From: a virus
Taxonomy: Duplodnaviria; Caudoviricetes
Strand: one strand, 5' to 3'
DNA length: 64,000 bases
IMG/VR virus record: IMGVR_UViG_3300025120_010521
Shown: positions 8,561 through 18,466 of the stretch, piece after piece
How positions within the stretch are numbered: position 1 is the stretch's first letter
Layout: every line of letters begins with the position of its first letter
Position numbers and translations under genes: made by a program
Notes under the pieces: generated by a model
What the model saw: only the letters and a program-made list of their open reading frames with translations
The model's database searches: none
Told to the model about the DNA's origin: nothing

Positions 8561-9460
8561 TTATCCAAGTTGTGCACCATTATCAAACTTTACGCCGCCT
8601 GATATAGTAATATGCTCGTAGTCTGCTTGATATCCTGAATTATCTCCACTAGCAAATATTGTTGACATTGTTGATGTGTTTGGTGCTGTTAAAACTTTTG
8701 CCGCAGTATCTAAATATAATTGATGCCCTAATGGATTATAACTTTGTACTCCTGCAGAATTAATTGCACTATCATTCCATTCTGGATCCATTGACGTTGC
8801 AAAGGTTGATATGTATCCCCATTCAGCCGCTAATAACAAATAATAATATTCTCTCATTAACAATGCTCTAAAGTCTGGATCACTAAATGATCCTGAATAA
8901 CTTGATGTATCAAATATTGGATTTCCATTTGATCCATTTGTTGTTCTTGCTTGTTGCATTGCATTATAGATATCACTTGTTTGATTAGTTTGATTCATTT
9001 TTGTTGCAAATGCTTGTGGTAAACCATAAACAGTAATTGTATGTAATAGATGTTCAACAACTTCCATCACTGCTCCATTACCTGCAGATACTTCCCAAAT
9101 AAAATCTACATTTGGATTTGTATATTTTGTATAATCAATTCCTGGATAGTTGTCATTGGCATTGTCTTCTACTATACCTGGTGTGTATGCACTTGGTTGA
9201 CTATACCCAATTAGTTGTGCTGTATTTGTTTCTAACATTTTATTCATTACAGTGTTTTGATCTGTTGTGTTAATTGATCCACCGGAACCAAACATAAGTT
9301 CAACTGTCTTTGCAACTTTTTTAATCCAACTATCCGATACTGCTGTTGCACCACCAATACCAGGAAGTGCTAATAACTTAATTCCGTTTACTAAACAAAT
9401 TTTAGTCCATGGAGTGTAACCAGCTGTTGTTGTAATTGGACCTCCTGTTTTTACTGACAT
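8561..9460 (-). CDS. Hypothetical protein with possible zincin-like metal-binding helix
   Basis: MEVVEHLLHTITVYG plus a distal REYYYL motif; not a canonical HEXXH. Confidence 0.4.
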   Translation of the reverse strand: MSVKTGGPITTTAGYTPWTKICLVNGIKLLALPGIGGATAVSDSWIKKVAKTVELMFGSGGSINTTDQNTVMNKMLETNTAQLIGYSQPSAYTPGIVEDNANDNYPGIDYTKYTNPNVDFIWEVSAGNGAVMEVVEHLLHTITVYGLPQAFATKMNQTNQTSDIYNAMQQARTTNGSNGNPIFDTSSYSGSFSDPDFRALLMREYYYLLLAAEWGYISTFATSMDPEWNDSAINSAGVQSYNPLGHQLYLDTAAKVLTAPNTSTMSTIFASGDNSGYQADYEHITISGGVKFDNGAQLG

Positions 9461-9463
9461 AGT

Positions 9464-9895
9464 TTACCTTTTCTTTAATTTATATATAGAATCTTCATTT
9501 AAAATTCTAAACATTATTCCTTTACGTTTACACCACTCACCTGCCGCTTTCCATTTTGCTCTGTTCAATGCAATAGTGGCTCTATCTTTTGTAGTCTTTG
9601 CCGCTTCTTGAATTGTTTGAGCTCTTGGTTTTACCTCAATCATTTCAGCACGTGGTCTGCCATTCTTAGTTAAGTATTGTATTAAGAAGTCTGGCACGTA
9701 CACAGTATACTTACCTGTAAACGGATTACGATATGGTATTTTAACTGGCTCACTTGACCACGCAACAATATTTGGATTAGTGTCACAAAACTGCATAAAC
9801 ACTGCTTCCCAACTAGATCTATATATTGGTACACGTTGCCCAACATACTTGCGTGGGTTTTTTGGTTCAAATTGTCCTTGTTTAAAATAAGCCAT
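9464..9895 (-). CDS. 4: Head completion nuclease, T4 gp4-like (TnsA-type PD-(D/E)xK)
   Basis: QGQFEPKNPRKYVG, YRSSWE, WSSEPVKIPY, YVPDF, IEVKP, NRAKW. Confidence 0.85.
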   Translation of the reverse strand: MAYFKQGQFEPKNPRKYVGQRVPIYRSSWEAVFMQFCDTNPNIVAWSSEPVKIPYRNPFTGKYTVYVPDFLIQYLTKNGRPRAEMIEVKPRAQTIQEAAKTTKDRATIALNRAKWKAAGEWCKRKGIMFRILNEDSIYKLKKR

Positions 9896-9914
9896 CAGTA
9901 GTATTTAACCACTA

Positions 9915-10355
9915 TTAATAGGCAATCATTCTTTTAATATGATTTGGAACTTGTGAAACTGTAATTGTTGTTCCAATTTGACTAGTTATTGGACGATAAT
10001 GATTAACTAGTGTTAGTCCTAAATTTGAAAATTTAATTGGATCTGTTATACTATCAAATAACTCATCAAATTCAATATTTAAAGTTTTAACTGCATCAAT
10101 ACAAAGATATGCATAGGCTTTTGCAATTTGTCCATCCATTCCTGCCGCTGTAAAAATTCCAAGTATTCGATCATATTTTGCTGGAGATAGTTGCGACTGT
10201 ATTCCACCATATTGATTTAATATTAATGTTGTAACATCTTCTGCAGATAAATTTGGTTGTGCATTTTGTAACGCATTAAATACGTTTCCAAATAGAGAAA
10301 CTATTTGTGACTCTCCACCTACTCTTGCTATTAATTTTGTACTTTGATTAGCCAT
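9915..10355 (-). CDS. Hypothetical protein in tail operon
   Basis: 146 aa ORF coupled to the 10355..12037 gene. Confidence 0.5.
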   Translation of the reverse strand: MANQSTKLIARVGGESQIVSLFGNVFNALQNAQPNLSAEDVTTLILNQYGGIQSQLSPAKYDRILGIFTAAGMDGQIAKAYAYLCIDAVKTLNIEFDELFDSITDPIKFSNLGLTLVNHYRPITSQIGTTITVSQVPNHIKRMIAY

Positions 10356-12037
10356 TATCTATAACTTGCTCCTCCGCCTGTTGGCGAACTGTTGCCTTTT
10401 TTACGTGTTGCATTTCCATTTGCATTTTTAGTTATTTTGCCATTAACGACATTAGATTTTGATTTTGTTTCAACATAATTTTTACTATCTGGATTATTTC
10501 TTCCTGATCCAGCGGCCGCAGTTTGAAAAGCACTACCCCAGTTACCAGATACAAGTCCTGATGTTGCTGACTTTGTAGTTCCATATACACTTGAAGCTAC
10601 ATTTGAAATGGCGTCACTAAATGGTGTACTACTTATTTGACTTAGATCGGCACTCATTTTAGATAAATCACTTTTGAATCCACCGTACACAGAGTCGCCG
10701 CCATCTGTACCAGTATTAAACGATCCATTTGTACCTGCATTAGTTCCATTGCCAAATACTCTAGCTGATTGTTCATCTGGTATTGATGCAGACATTTTTG
10801 TCCAATCATAATCTGGATTTTCACTTGTACCATCACTACCTTCTGTTTCTGCTTGAGCTGTTGTAGGTGTGTCTGGCATTTTTAAACTGTTTTCAAATAA
10901 TTCGTCAAAGTCAACTGCAACATCATGTGATGATGCTGACATATCATAGTTTAGTGTTTCATATACAACTGTTTCATATGCAAATTGTAAACCAAGTTCA
11001 ACTGGTGTACTTGATTCATATGTTAGTACATCATGATCCATTGCAATAACTTTAGGATGTATAAATCTAATTAGATTATATTTTCCGCCATGTACAATAA
11101 ACAAGTCTAAACTTTTGATTGGATATGTATGACTTATTGTACTCGATTCAAGACCAAAGTTATGTTGATTTATAAACTGGTCTTCTCTTATTAGTGGATT
11201 TGGTGAATATAATCCTTGATTACTTTGTGTGTCTCCACCATACTTTTTACTTCTGTTTCTACCATCTTTTAAATTTAATTCGTACAAATATCTCCAAAAT
11301 TTTAATGCTGTATTATTCATTGTATCGTAAAAACGTACACTTACTGGATCATAATCAACACGTCTATACACATTTCTTTTTCTGTTGTATTGATTTAATG
11401 TGTCATATTGAAAATTAACTTTTGGTCCGTCAATTTGTTTTACGTTAAAAACTAAAGAACGTCTAACAGTTTCCATAACTTGTTGACGTTTTGATTTTAA
11501 ATCATTATGTTTTTTTGATAAATTCTGTTGGGCCATGGCATCTATACCGCCGCCACTATAACTATTAAAGTTGTTTGCATTATTACCAGCCGCTTGAATA
11601 TCTTTATCTAAATTTTCAATTTCAGAATCACTAAAAATTGTATCAAATTGACTATCAGCTGAAAATCTAAATGTTGCAACATACTCAAACTTCTGCCTTG
11701 GTACACCTGTCATTTGTACCATAGGTGCTTGTCTTAGAGTAAAATTATCTTGTGCTCTTGTAGGTGGTTGAATATTTGGTGTGCCTGAATCTGATGGTGA
11801 TCTACTAAATGGTTCTTGTGAACTAGTTTTTGCGTTAGCGTCAGCTTTACCTTTTAGGTTAGCAATAGCCGTGGCATTTTGATCTGCCATTATGTTTGCT
11901 AGTTGCTGATCGCCACCATCTCTAACTGCATTTATTTCTGATTCAGTGAACACCGAAGCAGTTGTGTCCATCGATGAAAACAACTTTTTCTGCTCCGGTG
12001 TTAATTTTTTTGGTTCAGTGTCCCAAGTATCTGCCAT
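10355..12037 (-). CDS. Tail-tube-fold protein (tube initiator or second tube-like) with long low-complexity extensions
   Basis: Central VKQIDGPK...DTLNQYNRKR...VDYDPVSVRFYDT...LQFAYE pattern typical of gp19/gp54-like folds; directly downstream of the tube gene. Confidence 0.55.
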   Translation of the reverse strand: MADTWDTEPKKLTPEQKKLFSSMDTTASVFTESEINAVRDGGDQQLANIMADQNATAIANLKGKADANAKTSSQEPFSRSPSDSGTPNIQPPTRAQDNFTLRQAPMVQMTGVPRQKFEYVATFRFSADSQFDTIFSDSEIENLDKDIQAAGNNANNFNSYSGGGIDAMAQQNLSKKHNDLKSKRQQVMETVRRSLVFNVKQIDGPKVNFQYDTLNQYNRKRNVYRRVDYDPVSVRFYDTMNNTALKFWRYLYELNLKDGRNRSKKYGGDTQSNQGLYSPNPLIREDQFINQHNFGLESSTISHTYPIKSLDLFIVHGGKYNLIRFIHPKVIAMDHDVLTYESSTPVELGLQFAYETVVYETLNYDMSASSHDVAVDFDELFENSLKMPDTPTTAQAETEGSDGTSENPDYDWTKMSASIPDEQSARVFGNGTNAGTNGSFNTGTDGGDSVYGGFKSDLSKMSADLSQISSTPFSDAISNVASSVYGTTKSATSGLVSGNWGSAFQTAAAGSGRNNPDSKNYVETKSKSNVVNGKITKNANGNATRKKGNSSPTGGGASYR

Positions 12038-12059
12038 TGGTTACTCCTTAGGTCAAATA

Positions 12060-12659
12060 TTATAAACCTGTTCCAGTACCAAATGTTAATGGTGCACGTG
12101 GAAATAATTCGCCGCCGCCTTCGCCAAAGTGTGTTGCATTATCATATCTCATAGTCATGATAACTTGCACTGGTTCTGATACCGCATAATCACCGTCTGA
12201 ATAATCTACGTTTTGTAAGAAACAACCTTCTAGATTCCATTGTTCTAATTCAGCATCGCTTGAACCATCTAAAATTTCAATTTTAGTTGTAAATTTATAT
12301 TGAGTTCCGCTGGTTGGACCAGTTTGCTCAAAGTGGTTCATTTGTTTCTGAACTTGTTGACCTGTTAATCTAGAGATACTGTTGTTCATATCATCACGTA
12401 AAGTAAGTGTGATTGGCTCCCATGTGTGTTTGCCCATTAAGTATGCTACTGAGTTGTAAACGTGTACAGGAACTTCTTCGTGTGTTACTTTTGGTCTTGT
12501 TACGTTCATAACCTGTTGAGTTAAATCAACTGGGTTAGCACCTAAGTTACCAAAACCTGTAAAACGTACTCTAAAACGATATTTAAGTTTAGGCTGTAAA
12601 ATACCGCCTCTACCTGTAGCACCGTCTATTGGAACGCCAAATTTGTTTAATGTAGCCAT
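12060..12659 (-). CDS. 19: Tail tube protein, gp19-like
   Basis: QPKLKYRFRV, GKHTWEPITLTLRDD, WNLEGCF, MRYDNA; immediately downstream of the sheath gene. Confidence 0.85.
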   Translation of the reverse strand: MATLNKFGVPIDGATGRGGILQPKLKYRFRVRFTGFGNLGANPVDLTQQVMNVTRPKVTHEEVPVHVYNSVAYLMGKHTWEPITLTLRDDMNNSISRLTGQQVQKQMNHFEQTGPTSGTQYKFTTKIEILDGSSDAELEQWNLEGCFLQNVDYSDGDYAVSEPVQVIMTMRYDNATHFGEGGGELFPRAPLTFGTGTGL

Positions 12660-12745
12660 TGTAATCTCTCCTTACAAATTAATTTGTATTAATAGTATTT
12701 AGTCAAATATAGGAAAATTTAAGAAAAAGTTTGATGTTAAAGGGT

Positions 12746-12783
12746 AAAAAAAAGGCTACTGCATCTCTACAGTAGCCTTTTTT
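12746..12783. terminator. Intrinsic terminator after the sheath gene, possibly bidirectional
   Basis: A8-GGCTACTG-catctcta-CAGTAGCC-T6. Confidence 0.85.
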
Positions 12784-12798
12784 AGTGTATTTTGTCTA

Positions 12799-15789
12799 TT
12801 AATTATAGCTCATATTCTCACCAGTGTTCTTTATTCTGATCGGAATATATATAAACTCTGCCGCTTTCGCTGGCTGTATAGCTATATCGATCCACATCTG
12901 GTTAGCATCAATACGTGTTGCTGTGTTGTTTGATTCATCACAAACAACTAAGAAGTCGTATAATGCTCTTTTTGAAGCCAAGTCTGCTAAAAATCTTTCA
13001 AAAGTATCAGACACTTGATCTCTTGTCATTCTATCATTTAATTCAAATAAGAATGGTTTTGCAAGTTGATCAAATTGATATCTTAAGTAACAAATTAATC
13101 TGGCTACGTTAACTCTATCAAGTGCTGATGCTGTTGAGTGCAATGTTTTTTGACCAAACACTGTTAAACCTCTGTTAGGCATAAACGCAATTGGGTTAAC
13201 TTTTTTAGAGTATAATGTATCTCTTGAACCTTCACTTAATACAACTGAATTATATTCACCTGTTGCCGGGTCAATATAACCAACTGATGATGCATTTGAT
13301 ACTAAACCTCTTTGATAACCTGCTGGAGCAAACCACTGGAATGCCGCGTTATCACTTGAAGCAATAGTTCTTAATGCTACATGTGAAGCTGGAACAACAA
13401 CGTTGTTACCTGCTAAATCAGTTGATAGTGCTGATGGATAGTAAACAGCTGAGTAAGTGTTGCTTGTTACTAGTCCGTCTTCACCGTTAGTTGTTGCGTT
13501 TGCTGAGTTTGATATCCAATTAGATACTTCTGAAGGAGTTTTTAATCTAAATGGAGCATCAAGAATAACAAATGCTGTTTCTTTTCTTGCTGTGTTAAGT
13601 GCAATCATTTCATCATATGTTTCTGGGTAACCAGGACATGCAATTAAATTAAAGAATCTTGATTCTGCTTTAATTTCATCGTTGCTAACAAATGCTGATT
13701 GTAGTGAAGTTACTACAACTTGTCTTTGTGCTTTTCTACCCATGTATGGTGAACCATCTGGTTTATTACCAGCCGCATTAATCCAAATTGGACCAATGTC
13801 TGCACTGTTTACAACATAAGATGTTTTATATCTTTTAACATTATAACCAGACACTCTTGTGTTAAACAATAGTGTACCAGCCGCATAGTTTGCCGGATCA
13901 ACTGCATCTGAATCAAATGATGCGTATGTTGAACCCCAACCTACTGCCGCGTCTGTTGTACCTGCTGGGTTACCTACTGCATCACCGAACACAATGCCTG
14001 AAGCTGATGATTGATCAGTATTATCTAATAATACCCATGCACTTGTACCTGTATTATATTTGTAAATTTTTGGATATGCTTCTAGCTCGTTTGAGTCAAT
14101 CCAAATGTCACCATTTTCTAGTGCTGTACCATCTGACTGTTTAGTTGGTTCAGTTGATACCATTTGTAAGTCTCTTATACCTGCCGCTTCACCGTTTGGT
14201 CCTGTGTTAACATTACCTGCTGTAAAGGCGTCTTTTGAGTTAGCATAAGCAAACCATTTCATTGTACCACCGTCATTTTCAGCAATATACATATCTGCTG
14301 TTAAGTTAGTGTCGTACCATAGTGTGCCATCTACAGGTGAACTTGTTGGTGCACTTGCTGATGCTTCGTATGATAAGTTGCCCCAAATTGAAGCCATGTA
14401 CCATGAATCAGAACCTGAAGCCATATTATCTGTAAAGCCTAAGTTTGCAGTTGTTGTACCAATCACATTACCTGCTGTTGCTGTATCTTCAATCCAAATG
14501 TTTTTACCATTTGTTCTTTCAAGTTTTAAGTACTCTTTTGTACCTGAACTTGCTTCAATTGATGCTACAACTGTTTTAGCAGTTAATGATGCATCGTTGT
14601 TAATACCAGCAACTATTTCTGCTAGTGTTACATTTGAAGCCGCACCGCCTGCCGCTGTTACTGTTACATCAACGTTACAAATGTTCATTTTAAGACCAGT
14701 TTGACCTGCTGTTAAGTCAATACCGTTACCTGAAAGGTCAGCTGTTCCTGTAGTTGATGTTGTAGTTGCTGTACCTCTTAATTTGATCTCGTATGCTACT
14801 TCTGGTGTTGAGTTGTTTGCTGTTTGTTTGTATGTTGCATTGTCAATTCTATCATTGTTCCATGCCGCATCCATGTCATCATCAAACATTGTGTAAAGTG
14901 AATTTGCCGCTGGTGTTAAGGCTGTAACAGCATTGTCATCATCAGCATATAATGGTGATGAAATTGTTGACCATGTTGATGTTGATGTTGAATAGTATTT
15001 TACTACTACGTTAGCACCGCCACCTACTGTTGTTGTCTTAATCCAAACTGAACCTGCAGTTGAGGCACTTGGTGCCGCACCTGAACCTGGTTGCATATAC
15101 ACAACTGGCGTACCTGATTTTGCAGTTACCCATGTATCCGCACCTACTTGGTACCATTGTCCTGAAACTTTTTCCCAAAGTTTTGCCGGAGTTGCTGATG
15201 CAACTACAACAAAGTTACCGTTGGCACCGTATGATGATTTTGGTGATTTTTCAGTATCGTTGTTTACGTTTGATGTTGCTGATGTACTAGGTGTATCAGT
15301 TAGTACCGCTGGAGTAATTTTGCTCCATGCTGTACCGTTTGTTTGGTATACACCCCAATTAGTTGATGCTGTATCTAACCAGTACGTACCATTTGCTGGT
15401 GCACTAGTTGGAACAGATGTTGAACCTGTAAGTTCTGCTGAATCTACATCAGCACGAACTACGTATGCTCTATTCGAAATTCCTAAATATGAATATGCGG
15501 CTAATAAACCGTATTCATTTCTTTCATCCCCTGGTAACATTGTTGAACCAGCTGAATAAAATGTTGGTGTACCGAATGTTGATAACAGTTCTCTCTGTGA
15601 ACCAATTAAATACGCTTTACCCACGTTAGCACTGGTAGTACCTACTGCTGTAGAACCTGTAGAACTTGGATCAGCTTTATTTTGTGCTGATGCCACTACA
15701 AATAATGGTACTGTACCTTGTGCCGCGCCGGCGTAAAACGATTCATCAGTTACTGTAACTGAAACACCCGGTGAAACTAAATCTGGCAT
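12799..15789 (-). CDS. 18: Tail sheath protein with large inserted domains, gp18-like
   Basis: N-terminal LVSPGVSV, C-terminal KKVNPI, GQKTL, LDRVNVARL, CDESNNT and IQPAKAAEFIYI; 996 aa. Confidence 0.93.
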   Translation of the reverse strand: MPDLVSPGVSVTVTDESFYAGAAQGTVPLFVVASAQNKADPSSTGSTAVGTTSANVGKAYLIGSQRELLSTFGTPTFYSAGSTMLPGDERNEYGLLAAYSYLGISNRAYVVRADVDSAELTGSTSVPTSAPANGTYWLDTASTNWGVYQTNGTAWSKITPAVLTDTPSTSATSNVNNDTEKSPKSSYGANGNFVVVASATPAKLWEKVSGQWYQVGADTWVTAKSGTPVVYMQPGSGAAPSASTAGSVWIKTTTVGGGANVVVKYYSTSTSTWSTISSPLYADDDNAVTALTPAANSLYTMFDDDMDAAWNNDRIDNATYKQTANNSTPEVAYEIKLRGTATTTSTTGTADLSGNGIDLTAGQTGLKMNICNVDVTVTAAGGAASNVTLAEIVAGINNDASLTAKTVVASIEASSGTKEYLKLERTNGKNIWIEDTATAGNVIGTTTANLGFTDNMASGSDSWYMASIWGNLSYEASASAPTSSPVDGTLWYDTNLTADMYIAENDGGTMKWFAYANSKDAFTAGNVNTGPNGEAAGIRDLQMVSTEPTKQSDGTALENGDIWIDSNELEAYPKIYKYNTGTSAWVLLDNTDQSSASGIVFGDAVGNPAGTTDAAVGWGSTYASFDSDAVDPANYAAGTLLFNTRVSGYNVKRYKTSYVVNSADIGPIWINAAGNKPDGSPYMGRKAQRQVVVTSLQSAFVSNDEIKAESRFFNLIACPGYPETYDEMIALNTARKETAFVILDAPFRLKTPSEVSNWISNSANATTNGEDGLVTSNTYSAVYYPSALSTDLAGNNVVVPASHVALRTIASSDNAAFQWFAPAGYQRGLVSNASSVGYIDPATGEYNSVVLSEGSRDTLYSKKVNPIAFMPNRGLTVFGQKTLHSTASALDRVNVARLICYLRYQFDQLAKPFLFELNDRMTRDQVSDTFERFLADLASKRALYDFLVVCDESNNTATRIDANQMWIDIAIQPAKAAEFIYIPIRIKNTGENMSYN

Positions 15790-15919
15790 TGTAATCTCTC
15801 CTTCATAAATTATAACAACTATTGCGTTGTCATGTTATACATTATTTATTAGAAGTTGGGTAAAAGAGGGTGGTTTAAGCACCTATATTTTCCCCTTTAA
15901 AAGGGCAGTAAATACATAT

Positions 15920-16276
15920 ATGATAGACAATAGACCATTATGTAGTAAGTGTAAGTCTAGACCAGCCGCCTTTAATTATAAAAAAGGTGATAAGACGTAT
16001 TATCGCAAGATGTGTGATAAATGTATACGTCTAAGTAAAGGCAAAGGTGTAAGCTCTACGTCTACATGGCAACAAACAGGTTATAAAAAGAAAGCTATAT
16101 GTGAGAAGTGTGGATTCAAAGCAAGACACCCTGCACAGTTAGACGTTTATCATATTGATGGTGATTTAAGAAATAGTGCTTGGAATAATTTAAAAACTAT
16201 ATGTGCTAATTGTCAACGTATTATGACTATGGAAGAATTTAGGTGGCGTCAAGGTGATTTGATGCCTGATAATTAA
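15920..16276 (+). CDS. Zn-finger/HNH-like protein; start reassigned from 15827 to 15920
   Basis: Several CxxC pairs and YHIDGD..N...NL..ICANCQR; TAAATA-N5-ATG places the start at 15920, in frame with the ORF track. Confidence 0.65.
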   Translation: MIDNRPLCSKCKSRPAAFNYKKGDKTYYRKMCDKCIRLSKGKGVSSTSTWQQTGYKKKAICEKCGFKARHPAQLDVYHIDGDLRNSAWNNLKTICANCQRIMTMEEFRWRQGDLMPDN

Positions 16277-16935
16277 AATGAAGTTTCTGTGCGTTTTTCT
16301 TTTTTTACATTTTTTAGAACTTTAGACACTGAATTAATTTTATCATGCAGTTGCTCTAATGTACCATTATTTTCAATAATAAAGTCTACTAGCATACCAG
16401 AATGATCCCACTCACTTGCATGTATACCAATATCAGATAATTGCTGTATAGCAAACTCGTCACCATTTTGAGCCTCTGTTGCTAACGATGTCCAATGCGG
16501 ATCTTCTCCTCGTTTTACTCTAATTGTAAACCCGCCCATTTGTTTAATAAAAGCAAGTTCATTTCTAAATCTACAATCAGTAATAACAGTTGGCTTTTGT
16601 CCATTAGCAATATATCTATGTTCTAAACTATCTAACCAAATCTTATGATGAAAATGTTCTCTAAATAGTTCTGTACCTACAATTTGTAATGCTAATCTTG
16701 GAGTAAAATTTTTAATGTTTAATTTAGATGCCCAATAAGGATCAACACATTCTCTAAAATGTCTACTATGATCAGTATCACCTTCTAATGTTTTTCTAGG
16801 CCAATTAAATATATTTGCTGTAGCATCTTTTAAAGGTGCGGCAAATGAATCTTCCTTATAACCATGCTGTGCTGACAGCACTTCAGCTACAGTATTTTTT
16901 CCACTACCTATCCAGCCTACTAATCCAATAATCAA
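16273..16935 (-). CDS. 1: Deoxynucleoside monophosphate kinase, T4 gp1-like
   Basis: IIGLVGWIGSGKNT P-loop, SFAAPLKD, TPRLALQIVGTE, ITDCRFRNE, HASE. Confidence 0.88.
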   Translation of the reverse strand: MIIGLVGWIGSGKNTVAEVLSAQHGYKEDSFAAPLKDATANIFNWPRKTLEGDTDHSRHFRECVDPYWASKLNIKNFTPRLALQIVGTELFREHFHHKIWLDSLEHRYIANGQKPTVITDCRFRNELAFIKQMGGFTIRVKRGEDPHWTSLATEAQNGDEFAIQQLSDIGIHASEWDHSGMLVDFIIENNGTLEQLHDKINSVSKVLKNVKKEKRTETSF

Positions 16936-16936
16936 T

Positions 16937-17197
16937 TTACCACCTCAATTTTAATTGTGTTGCAATGTCTTCGCTATCAACTTTTACAGTTAATTCATCA
17001 CAGCCAGCATTTTCCCAATGCCAATCTGTTTCATATTTGTAACCAAGCATACCCATGTAGTTTGCAACTCTGGCTACTGCATCAACTTCTCTATAGTTGG
17101 CATTAAGAGCTCCACCTTCAACACTAGTACCTGTTGACTGTCCTATGTACTCGTCTCTTTTAGAAATTTTATCTACATCTAATGTAACTTCAATCAT
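16937..17197 (-). CDS. Hypothetical protein
   Basis: 86 aa ORF directly behind a sigma70-type promoter. Confidence 0.55.
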   Translation of the reverse strand: MIEVTLDVDKISKRDEYIGQSTGTSVEGGALNANYREVDAVARVANYMGMLGYKYETDWHWENAGCDELTVKVDSEDIATQLKLRW

Positions 17198-17203
17198 GTT
17201 ACT

Positions 17204-17232
17204 ATAGTATTACACAATTAAACTATTGTCAA
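17204..17232 (-). promoter_or_regulatory. Sigma70-type promoter, ATG 6 nt after the -10 (leaderless candidate)
   Basis: TTGACA-N17-TACTAT-AGTAAC-ATG. Confidence 0.7.
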
Positions 17233-18458
17233 GTAGATTTTTTTAGCATTTTATTATAAAAGTCTTCCCATTCTGGAAAAGTTTTAGCAAAATTTTGATT
17301 TCTACTTTTATCTAAAACTGCATTATACTTTATAAATTCTTTGTATAATTGTTCTTTTTCTTCTATACTTGTAATTTTTGTAGCTTGATACAGTGTACTA
17401 AGAAACTTACTATACTTGTTTTTTAGCTGTGATGTTAGATCAGATTTGTTTATTTTATCAAGTACTTTATTAAATTGATCCTGTGTAAGTAATCCTATAT
17501 TCATATGTTTTGGCCAATATATAGGATTAAAATTAAAATTAACATTACCTTCAAGTTTTTTACTATACTCTGTTAAGAAGTCTACTATATGCATAGAGTT
17601 TAGCCAAGATATACTTGATAAAAAATTAACTCTTATATAACTTTTCTTTTGCTTTTGAGTAGAGTTAACAAACATGTCTATATTGTTTTTTACTTTTTCC
17701 CAATCATTTTTACCACTTCTTAAATATGCATGTGCATCATTCATTCCATCGAGTGATAAACTTATAGACACATCACTAAAGTTTGAAAGTAATTCTATAA
17801 TATCTCGTTTTCCATATTTTGCAAAACTACCATTTGTGTTTACACTAATTTTTATCTTTGTATTTTTTATTTTTATTAACTCATCAAGTAATTGATAGGT
17901 GCCTGGCATCATTAGTGGTTCGCCACCTGCTAATCTAATAAAACGTACATATGGTAAATCTTTTTTTAATTGTTCCCACGGAATATTAGCTTCCATAACA
18001 CCGGCATTATCAGCAGTTGGTGGAGTGTAATCATGAACTAGTTTAGTATCAGCCAGCCATGCACTACTACTGTCTATTCCACAAAATCTACATTTGTAGT
18101 TACATAGATTAGAACTTCGTATGTCTAAATATTCTAATTTAAAATTATTATATGTTCCGTCTTTTTCAGTAAATCTTTTGTAATCATATATTCTATCAGC
18201 ATAAGTGTCATTTAAAAGTTCACGTAAACTAGAACTGTAAGCTGTAGCTTCATCTTTAACACAGTCATGACATCCTACAGGAGGTTTATCACCCCATAAC
18301 ATTTCTTTTCTAAGATCTTTAAATGATTGATGATTACTAGTATCTTTTATGTCACCATTAAAAGGTTTGTCTGATTTGGAATCAAAAACACAACAGTGCT
18401 TCCACGTGCCATTTGCATTTAGCTTAATATGATTCCACGGTGCGGCACAAAAGTACAT
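17229..18458 (-). CDS. Radical SAM protein with N-terminal SPASM/Twitch-like Cys cluster
   Basis: CNYKCRFC (CxxxCxxC), LAGGEPL, SLDG; N-terminal CAAPW...HCC...CHDC. Confidence 0.88.
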   Translation of the reverse strand: MYFCAAPWNHIKLNANGTWKHCCVFDSKSDKPFNGDIKDTSNHQSFKDLRKEMLWGDKPPVGCHDCVKDEATAYSSSLRELLNDTYADRIYDYKRFTEKDGTYNNFKLEYLDIRSSNLCNYKCRFCGIDSSSAWLADTKLVHDYTPPTADNAGVMEANIPWEQLKKDLPYVRFIRLAGGEPLMMPGTYQLLDELIKIKNTKIKISVNTNGSFAKYGKRDIIELLSNFSDVSISLSLDGMNDAHAYLRSGKNDWEKVKNNIDMFVNSTQKQKKSYIRVNFLSSISWLNSMHIVDFLTEYSKKLEGNVNFNFNPIYWPKHMNIGLLTQDQFNKVLDKINKSDLTSQLKNKYSKFLSTLYQATKITSIEEKEQLYKEFIKYNAVLDKSRNQNFAKTFPEWEDFYNKMLKKST

Positions 18459-18466
18459 TGGATCAT

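Noticed and set aside
9464-9895. Transposase or mobile element (TnsA-like fold)
   Set aside because: Matches the T4 gp4 head-completion nuclease in motif and context; no terminal repeats or partner genes.
15827-15919. N-terminal 31 aa of the listed HNH-like ORF; likewise listed starts at 23496, 38571, 44006 and 53412
   Set aside because: These upstream starts overlap promoters or neighbouring genes; downstream starts fit the promoter or SD spacing better.
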